A stretch of DNA of 29,807 bases from a virus (taxonomy: Duplodnaviria; Caudoviricetes). The stretch spans positions 1 through 29,807 of IMG/VR virus record IMGVR_UViG_3300036796_000269. One strand, written 5' to 3'. Position numbers and translations under genes: made by a program. Within the stretch, counting starts at the first letter, position 1. Each line of letters starts with the position of its first letter. Under the pieces are notes generated by a model that did not search any database, was not told where the DNA came from, and saw only the letters and a list, made by a program, of their open reading frames with translations. Positions 23,886 through 29,807 of the stretch are shown here, piece by piece.

Positions 23886-24704
23886 ATGAAAAAACAAGAT
23901 CTGGCGATTGAATTACACAAAAGAATTTTATTTCGTGATGAGCAAGACTTCATAGACACATTATATTCCGATATAACAGAAATAATAACCCTCCTAGAAC
24001 ACTCTAGTGACAAATATTACTGTGATGATGAAGACAAATTAAGCCACACGATAGTAACCTCATTAATTCACTTAGGTTATAAAGCGACAGAGCAAACTAA
24101 AAAAAATGGTAGTGTAGATATTACTGTACATTCACGCGATGGTGTTTACGAATGGATTGCTGAAGCTAAGATAGGTTATGGTAATCAAAAAATATTCGAA
24201 GGTTTACTACAACTTTTAACAAGATATGTTAAAAGAGATAAACATGCAGGTCTGTTTATTTATTATCAAAAAGCAAAATCCGCTTACTATTTCAATGACT
24301 GGATAAAATATCTACACAACTCTAACTGGGTGAAATATTGTAATAAACAAGGAACATATCCTAAAGTATCTCCACTTTTAGGACACTTAAGTAGTAAACC
24401 GTGCCCTAAAGTTAAAGTTGGCGACTGTTTTGCTGACATAGATGTCATTAAACCTTCACAAGAAAACTTAAATATCCGCTGCTTCTATGTTGATATACAT
24501 CACGATCCTCTTGACAAAAGTGGGGTTGCAAATCAATCAATTGCTAGAGGACAAGCGAAAAACGAAATTAGAAACCTTTATCATACATGGAAAGAAGGAT
24601 GTTTCGATGAGTCTATGATAGATACGTTATTCGAGCACATCAGAATATACCATAGCGATGAACTTGAAGAGGAGTATTTAGATTCCGCAGAGAATGATAG
24701 TTAG
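23886..24704 (+). CDS. Accessory operon gene 3, putative PD-(D/E)XK restriction-endonuclease-fold nuclease (272 aa)
   Basis: ATG 2 nt after the gene 2 stop; motif order DEDKLS(helix)...GSVDITV-x8-WIAEAKI...EGLLQLLTRY...AGLFIY matches the E...D-xn-ExK...QxxxY pattern. Confidence 0.72.
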   Translation: MKKQDLAIELHKRILFRDEQDFIDTLYSDITEIITLLEHSSDKYYCDDEDKLSHTIVTSLIHLGYKATEQTKKNGSVDITVHSRDGVYEWIAEAKIGYGNQKIFEGLLQLLTRYVKRDKHAGLFIYYQKAKSAYYFNDWIKYLHNSNWVKYCNKQGTYPKVSPLLGHLSSKPCPKVKVGDCFADIDVIKPSQENLNIRCFYVDIHHDPLDKSGVANQSIARGQAKNEIRNLYHTWKEGCFDESMIDTLFEHIRIYHSDELEEEYLDSAENDS

Positions 24705-24728
24705 AACTTTTGAACAATCTCTCAAAAC

Positions 24729-24767
24729 AGCAACTGTTAGACGGAGAATCTATTGCTGACAGTTGCT
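24729..24767. terminator. Inverted repeat between convergent accessory operon and gene A
   Basis: AGCAACTGTTAG-N15-CTGACAGTTGCT (11/12 match, G-U compatible on the plus strand). Confidence 0.5.
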
Positions 24768-24782
24768 CGTCCTTACATTTTA

Positions 24783-26765
24783 TCAAGTCTGCATCACCCT
24801 ATTCGGTCTAATGCATTCAGCTATTTCGAAAAACCGCAGTGTATCAGATATATTTGTATCATTTTCATTTACCTTGTTTCCACAGTTATTGACAGGACTC
24901 CGAGGCGCGGCAATGCCGCTTTTTAAAGTCAAAGGCTCAACGGCCAAAAGCTTTGGAACAATGCGCCATTCGGCTGTCCGGGTAACACGTACCAGCTCAG
25001 AGCCCAAGTGCGGGGCGTAGATGCCCACAACTCTCTCTATATCCTCTTCGTAGGCGTTGACCTCATCAGTCACGTTACGAGCCACACGGACGGTCTGGCT
25101 ATCGCGTGGAACATTCGCCCCACCCTGCGCTGCGATATACCGGTCAAATTCACCTTCATCAGCTGCAGCTCTGGCCGCCTCGACACGCTCATCGAATTCA
25201 TCAGCAATACTTACCCCGCGAGGCAGTTTGCGCAGTTCGCGGTATGCGCCCATCGTCGGCAGACCAATTGATTTGAATTGCGGGATACGCCATGTTGACG
25301 CCCATGCGGTTACAGCTGCAGCGGTATCGGTTAGAGTTTTGCCGGTGTCGTGATCGACCTGACCATCGAGCGCGTAACCATCGATATTCTTCGCGATGTA
25401 TTTTGCAATGTAACCGGCTGCGCCACCTTGATTGAGGTGCTTAGCTTCAAAGCGCTGTGCTTCAGCGCCTTTTTCATCGCCATCTTCTTTTAAGGCATAA
25501 CGGCGCATGATATCGGTGACCTGTTTGCGTTGCTCTGGTTTGCAAAAAAGCATCATATGCCAGTGCGGAGTCCCGTCATGATGCGGCTCAACAACACGCA
25601 TCCCATAGACCTGCAGACCGTTATCCTTAAAAGCTGTACGCATCAGGCTCCAGATACGGCACAAATACCGCTGTCCATCCTTTGGCGTAAAGGCAGTGTC
25701 ATTCCATCCGTGGTTAAGCTGCACCGTCTTTTTGTCGCCCTTTCCAACCTGACGTGTCGGGTGATACTTCGACGGCGTGGTGATAGTGATAAACATCCCG
25801 ACGTCACCCTGACCGGCCGCATAGCGTTCAATCCCTGCGATAGTATTCATCAGTTCCATACGACGGATTTCGGGGTTTGAAATACTTCCCATGACTTTGC
25901 TGATGAGATCGATGCGCTCACCGGTGACTTTGTTTTCCAAGTCACACGACTTCAAGTATTCGAAATTAGCCTGACGGCGGGAATGTACATCACGGATCGC
26001 CGTTTTGCTGGCGTATGGGGAGCGGTCTTTATTCACCTCACCGGCGGCAATCAGCAAAGCCTCGTGCCAGCGCATACGCTGCGCCTTTAACTGGTTAATC
26101 CACCATTCATCGTTAATCAGACGAGAGATGGCGGAAAATGCCTGGCGGATCGTGATTTGCCCTTTGCGGTATTTCTTCCAGAACATTGGGGTAATGTTGA
26201 ATGCACGAACTGCACCGGCAACGTGACCATATAAGTGCGCCTGCGCTTCATCGGTGAAAAGGGTTTCTTTACCGCCATGAGCATCTGCCCATGCGTCGCT
26301 AAGTTCCTCATAAGCAACATAGAGCTGCGAAGCAATACGAGCAGCAAATTTTTTGAGCGCTTTGTCACTCATACCCGCTAATCGTGAATAGCTTTCGCGC
26401 TCGCTCAGAAAGAGAAGCGATGCAGTCTCGTTCATTCCATTTAACTGATTAACCCGCTCAAGACGCGGCCCCACCCTTTGCTCAACGGTATACTTGAGGA
26501 AATAGAAACCATGAAGTGGGCTTTTTGTACGACGGATGAAGTCATACCGCGAGTTAAACAACGTTTTTAAGACATATGGCAGGCGATTAACTTTAACTAA
26601 AACGCCTTGCACCTGACGGAATTCGCCACGTGTAAGGGGTCTATCACGGCCAATTGCAGGACGTGGAGCATTCCATGGGTAAGCACCAACGAATGAATCA
26701 CTGGTGCCCTTCAAAAATGGTGGTGGTGGCGAGGGGGCAACACGCCCCCGAGTTTCGTTGGACAT
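24783..26765 (-). CDS. A: Rolling-circle replication initiator gpA (HUH endonuclease) with short replaced C-terminus
   Basis: FITITTPSKYH, EPHHDGTPHWH (HUH) and GYIAKYIAKNIDG (YxxxY) motifs; start at ATG 26765 just after the upstream stop gives 660 aa. Confidence 0.95.
   Translation of the reverse strand: MSNETRGRVAPSPPPPFLKGTSDSFVGAYPWNAPRPAIGRDRPLTRGEFRQVQGVLVKVNRLPYVLKTLFNSRYDFIRRTKSPLHGFYFLKYTVEQRVGPRLERVNQLNGMNETASLLFLSERESYSRLAGMSDKALKKFAARIASQLYVAYEELSDAWADAHGGKETLFTDEAQAHLYGHVAGAVRAFNITPMFWKKYRKGQITIRQAFSAISRLINDEWWINQLKAQRMRWHEALLIAAGEVNKDRSPYASKTAIRDVHSRRQANFEYLKSCDLENKVTGERIDLISKVMGSISNPEIRRMELMNTIAGIERYAAGQGDVGMFITITTPSKYHPTRQVGKGDKKTVQLNHGWNDTAFTPKDGQRYLCRIWSLMRTAFKDNGLQVYGMRVVEPHHDGTPHWHMMLFCKPEQRKQVTDIMRRYALKEDGDEKGAEAQRFEAKHLNQGGAAGYIAKYIAKNIDGYALDGQVDHDTGKTLTDTAAAVTAWASTWRIPQFKSIGLPTMGAYRELRKLPRGVSIADEFDERVEAARAAADEGEFDRYIAAQGGANVPRDSQTVRVARNVTDEVNAYEEDIERVVGIYAPHLGSELVRVTRTAEWRIVPKLLAVEPLTLKSGIAAPRSPVNNCGNKVNENDTNISDTLRFFEIAECIRPNRVMQT
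24889..24908 (-). other. ori: Rolling-circle origin (gpA nick site) inside gene A
   Basis: Minus strand GCGCCTCGGAGTCCTGTCAA, matching the P2 ori sequence as I recall it (nick after CCTCG, i.e. between 24901 and 24900). Confidence 0.88.
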
Positions 26766-26766
26766 A

Positions 26767-27030
26767 TTATTTAAAAGCGTCCAGACATTGCTTCCCCATG
26801 CGTTCAATCCGAGCTTCCAAAGCTGAGAAGCCGGTAAGATCGCTGGTCAAAAGATCATGCAAAACCAAGCCTGAGATAAGCTTAGGGATAGTTGGGTAGT
26901 AACCCACAACGTCCAACCATTCCTTACCTTCATTCTTCCCGGATGTAGCGGTCTTTTTTTCCTGCAAAATGAATTGATAGCGGTCACTGGTGATGACGTA
27001 TTGGTTATTAATCTCGATGTGTATGCTCAT
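26767..27030 (-). CDS. Small early protein, P2 Orf83 / DUF5405-like
   Basis: 87 aa; YVITSDRYQFILQEKK...GKNEGKEWLDVVGYY; directly upstream of A. Confidence 0.75.
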   Translation of the reverse strand: MSIHIEINNQYVITSDRYQFILQEKKTATSGKNEGKEWLDVVGYYPTIPKLISGLVLHDLLTSDLTGFSALEARIERMGKQCLDAFK

Positions 27031-27052
27031 TTTTGCTTCCTGTTAACAGAGG

Positions 27053-27271
27053 TTAACCAGCTCTACCGAAAATTGAGTTGTGTAACTTTTCCGACTCCTG
27101 GCCTAATAACTCGATAATCTCGGTGCGATTAAGTTCTGACTTACTGATGTACGCGATAAGCCCATCAAACTGAGAAGAGTAACGGGTCGCCAAGTCGCGC
27201 TGTGCCTCGCTTACTGCCTGCGCCAGATGTGCCGAACACATCCCCCGCTGCGCTGTATTTTGTTCTTGCAT
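27053..27271 (-). CDS. Small early protein, P2 Orf80 / DUF2732-like
   Basis: YSSQFDGLIAYISKSELNRTEIIELLGQESEKL; ATG 27271 preceded by GGAG; downstream of B. Confidence 0.65.
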   Translation of the reverse strand: MQEQNTAQRGMCSAHLAQAVSEAQRDLATRYSSQFDGLIAYISKSELNRTEIIELLGQESEKLHNSIFGRAG

Positions 27272-27337
27272 TTGCCTATCTCCGGGCAAAAGGAGTCCCC
27301 ACGCTGTAAGGCGCGTAATTAGTCGAATCCAGATTAA

Positions 27338-27838
27338 TTAATGTAAATACTGCTCAGGTTTTACCGAGGTTAAAATAGTTGGGGCGTACTCAAAAAGGCT
27401 GAACAGCTCGCGCAGAGCGCGGAAAAGTTTGTCACGCCAGTAACAGTCCTCTTCATTCAAACGCCAGTGCGGCATCATAAATTCCTGCTCTGTCAGTCCC
27501 GCATGAAGATACAGTGAGCGCCTTTGACTAACTGTCAGGCGGCTAATGAAAGTTGCTTTTGACGCGCCAAGTTTGCGGTGCCGGGAAAATGCAGTTCTCA
27601 ATTCATCAAGCGCACAAACAAGACGCTCACGATCGGCTTCGGTCATTTCCTCTAAACGCATGACAGAGTGCCGCTGTTTTAATTGAGCGTGGAAACAAAC
27701 CGTAAGACGCTCCCGCTCCATCATCTGATTGTAAAAATCGCAAGTGTCCTGCCAGCGAGGCTGAGCCAGATACTTGCAGACTAAACCGCGAAGTGCTGTT
27801 GGTTGCTTCTGGATCACATCAAGTGTCATTACCGTCAT
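27338..27838 (-). CDS. B: Replication protein gpB (DnaB helicase loader)
   Basis: 166 aa MTVMTL...PRWQDTCDFYNQMMERERLTVCFHAQLKQRH...VKPEQYLH, closely resembling P2 B. Confidence 0.93.
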   Translation of the reverse strand: MTVMTLDVIQKQPTALRGLVCKYLAQPRWQDTCDFYNQMMERERLTVCFHAQLKQRHSVMRLEEMTEADRERLVCALDELRTAFSRHRKLGASKATFISRLTVSQRRSLYLHAGLTEQEFMMPHWRLNEEDCYWRDKLFRALRELFSLFEYAPTILTSVKPEQYLH

Positions 27839-28008
27839 AACCACAGTCCTCTCTTTTTGACTAAGCTACGAAGCTTCTCGATAACACCCGTCTTACGGGT
27901 TCGGATGATGATGCCCTTGCGTCCGCGACCGTGAGTGATAGTGAAGTTGATCGGATGAGGGCTTTCTCTTCGAAGCAACTGTGCAATACAACGAGGTTCA
28001 TTCTTCAT
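27835..28008 (-). CDS. P2 Orf78-like small basic protein
   Basis: 57 aa MKNEPRCIAQLLRRESP...FTITHGRGRKGIIIRTRK between cox and B, with 4-nt overlaps at both ends. Confidence 0.8.
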   Translation of the reverse strand: MKNEPRCIAQLLRRESPHPINFTITHGRGRKGIIIRTRKTGVIEKLRSLVKKRGLWL

Positions 28009-28280
28009 ACTGGCTCCCCTAATCCGAGCCACATCAGCCAACCGTCTCTAATTTCCTTCGGGCGGCTGTCATAGGCCATCTTCATGCCCTTATTCCACGC
28101 TGGAAGATAAACCCAATATTCCCCTGCACGCCCACTCGTCGACTGCGGATCGGTCATCTCAACAACAGGTAACTTGCCCTTCTCAATCATCCCTTTAACT
28201 GCTGCAGGAGTTTTTCCAATAAGACGGGCAAACTCCTGATACGGGACCGCATCCGTGCTACTTACAAGCTGGTTGTTCAT
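28005..28280 (-). CDS. cox: Cox: excisionase / repressor of Pc
   Basis: 91 aa; DAVPYQEFARLIGK...GKLPVVEMTDPQSTSGRAGEYWVYLPAWN...SRPKEIRDGWLMWLGLGEP, near P2 Cox. Confidence 0.96.
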   Translation of the reverse strand: MNNQLVSSTDAVPYQEFARLIGKTPAAVKGMIEKGKLPVVEMTDPQSTSGRAGEYWVYLPAWNKGMKMAYDSRPKEIRDGWLMWLGLGEPV

Positions 28281-28407
28281 CTGTTACGATTCTCCTTTAG
28301 TGCATTTAATTGCTCATAAAGGGCTTTAATTGCCTATAGCCAAAACCCCTAAAAAGGAATTTATTTCCTTATAAGGGAATAATCATCGTATGGAGGATTC
28401 ATGTCAA
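28281..28407. promoter_or_regulatory. Pe/Pc lysis-lysogeny switch region
   Basis: Minus-strand TTGACA (28407-28402) overlapping the C start, as in P2, with GATTAT 17 nt downstream; Cox-box-like TTAAAGCCC (28329-28321) and TTAAATGCA (28309-28301); TTTAATTGC repeated 20 bp apart. Confidence 0.75.
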
Positions 28408-28700
28408 CCCCGATAAATGAAAAAATCAAACTCATCAGGGAGTCAGAACGATTAAATAGAAAGGAAATCAGTGAGTTAACCGGAATAGCATATGGTTCAT
28501 TTTGTGGATACGAAGCTGGGGATAAAAAACCGGGTGTCGAGCCCATAATGAGAATCCTTCAACATCCTCGTTTCACCAAGTACACCTTATGGTTTATGAC
28601 TGACCAAATAGCACCTGAAGCTGGGCAGATTGCACCGGCTCTCGCGCACTTTGGGCAGCAGACAACAACGTCACCCCACTCAGACCAGAAAACTGGCTAA
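28401..28700 (+). CDS. C: Immunity repressor C (XRE HTH)
   Basis: 99 aa; EKIKLIRESERL...FTKYTLWFMTDQIAPEAGQIAPALAHFGQ...SPHSDQKTG, the P2 C C-terminus; GGAGG RBS. Confidence 0.96.
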   Translation: MSTPINEKIKLIRESERLNRKEISELTGIAYGSFCGYEAGDKKPGVEPIMRILQHPRFTKYTLWFMTDQIAPEAGQIAPALAHFGQQTTTSPHSDQKTG

Positions 28701-28796
28701 CCATCTACGGGGCTTATTTGTGCAGAAAATGCACAGTGAGTTTTTGCTATTTAAATCAGGAAATTGAAGTACGCAGTAACATCATCGGGAGGCTTT

Positions 28797-29807
28797 ATGT
28801 CTGTTAAAAAGCTCGATGATGGTCGATATGAAGTGGACATTAGACCGACCGGGCGTAACGGAAAACGCATCCGTCGGAAGTTCGACAAGAAAAGCGAGGC
28901 GATGGCTTTTGAAAAGCATACTCAATATAACCATCACTCAAAGGAATGGCTTTCAAAACCAACGGACAAACGCCAATTGTCGGAACTGAAAGAGTTATGG
29001 TGGAAGCTGAAAGGTAAACATGAGGAGCACGGTCAATCGTATCTCAGGAAAATTGAGCGTTTCGAAACGATGACCGGAAATCCGTGTGCTTTCCAGATCA
29101 CCAAGAGCCTGATAACGCAATATTGTGCTCAACGCCGGGGGGAAGGTATTAAGCCAACTACCATCAACCGCGACCTGATCACGCTAGGTGGGATGTTCAC
29201 AACCCTGATTGAGTCAGAACTGTATAACGGTGAGCATCCATTCAGAGGATTCAAAAAACTGAAAGAGCAGACAGCCGAAACGGGCTATCTCACTCTTGAG
29301 GAAATTGACGCCTTACTTGCTGCGCTCTTAGGTGATAATCGTAAAATTGCGGTCTTGTGTTTGAGTACCGGTGCAAGATGGGGAGAAGCTGCGCGATTGA
29401 AGGCGGAGAATGTGATTCATAACCGGGTGTCTTTCGTTAAGACGAAAACCAACACACCGCGCACGGTCCCGATCTCTGATGACGTTGCGGCTTACGTAGT
29501 CGGCAAAGCACGAGGCTTTCTGTTTCCTGAGGCCAGTTATGCTGATTTCAGGCGAATCCTCAAAGAAGTTAAGCCCGACTTACCGGCGGGGCAAGCAACA
29601 CATGCGCTACGACACTCTTTCGCCACGCACTTTATGATTAACGGGGGCAATATCATCACACTGCAGAGGATCTTAGGTCATACGAAAATTGCGCAAACGA
29701 TGGTCTATGCGCACTTCGCTCCTCAGTACCTGCAGGACGCCATTTCGCTTAACCCGCTGAAGGGTGCTAATGGTGGTAAGAGTGTCCACAATGTGTCCAC
29801 ACCCTAG
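28797..29807 (+). CDS. int: Tyrosine integrase, P2 type
   Basis: MSVKKLDDGRYEVDIRPTGRNGKRIRRKF; catalytic TGARWGE, KTK, HALRHSFATHFM, LGH, VYAH; ATG 28797 after GGGAGG. Confidence 0.97.
   Translation: MSVKKLDDGRYEVDIRPTGRNGKRIRRKFDKKSEAMAFEKHTQYNHHSKEWLSKPTDKRQLSELKELWWKLKGKHEEHGQSYLRKIERFETMTGNPCAFQITKSLITQYCAQRRGEGIKPTTINRDLITLGGMFTTLIESELYNGEHPFRGFKKLKEQTAETGYLTLEEIDALLAALLGDNRKIAVLCLSTGARWGEAARLKAENVIHNRVSFVKTKTNTPRTVPISDDVAAYVVGKARGFLFPEASYADFRRILKEVKPDLPAGQATHALRHSFATHFMINGGNIITLQRILGHTKIAQTMVYAHFAPQYLQDAISLNPLKGANGGKSVHNVSTP
29783..29801 (-). promoter_or_regulatory. Pair of Int arm-binding sites at the 3' end of int
   Basis: TGTCCACA at 29783-29790 and 29794-29801 (TGTGGACA direct repeats on the minus strand), matching the P2 Int arm consensus; implies the att core lies just beyond the window. 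Confidence 0.75.

Larger units (their letters stand above)
1..29807. mobile_element. P2-like temperate prophage (ogr to int; att sites not in window)
   Basis: Complete, syntenic set of P2 head, tail, lysis, replication, immunity and integration genes, plus a P2-type cos and ori; no visible frameshifts or premature stops in structural genes. Confidence 0.98.

Noticed and set aside
22410-24704. Cargo as old/tin, retron, R-M, CBASS or ABC-ATPase-based system
   Set aside because: No Walker A/ABC signature, TOPRIM, YADD, methyltransferase (FxGxG/DPPY) or nucleotidyltransferase motif in the three proteins.
24763-25020. 85-aa plus-strand ORF as a fourth gene of the accessory operon
   Set aside because: TTG start within the hairpin, no RBS, and almost entirely antisense to A and ori.
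24783-26807. Gene A as a pseudogene
   Set aside because: Frame is open, and HUH, both catalytic tyrosines and ori are intact; only the variable C-terminal tail differs.
29700-29807. attL/attR core or target tRNA
   Set aside because: The window stops at the int and ogr stop codons; only arm-type sites are visible, and no terminal direct repeat or tRNA is present.

Overview
The whole window is the coding region of an apparently intact P2-like (Peduovirus-type) prophage of an enterobacterium, running from the ogr stop codon (base 1) to the int stop codon (base 29807); the att cores lie outside the window. Gene order is the canonical P2 order: ogr-D-U-T-E'/E-FII-FI | G-H-I-J-W-V | S-R-lysC-lysB-endolysin-holin-X-L-M-N-O (all minus strand), P-Q (plus), cos, then A-orf83-like-orf80-like-B-orf78-cox (minus) and C-int (plus). 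Cis-acting sites are readable directly: the 19-bp cos, the rolling-circle ori inside A, the T6G frameshift in E, two Ogr-type late promoter boxes, the Pe/Pc switch region and Int arm sites. Two AT-rich accessory inserts sit in the GC-rich backbone. (1) A tightly packed three-gene operon at 22410-24704 in the cos-to-A hotspot: two proteins I cannot assign plus a PD-(D/E)XK-like nuclease. It is the best candidate for an uncharacterised or little-studied anti-phage system, and its right junction lies about 10 nt from the ori sequence and replaces the C-terminus of A. (2) A single coiled-coil plus 2-TM membrane protein gene between V and S. The third classical cargo slot (G-FI) is empty. Family calls rest on recalled motifs and synteny; no database searches were run and GC contrasts are judged by eye.
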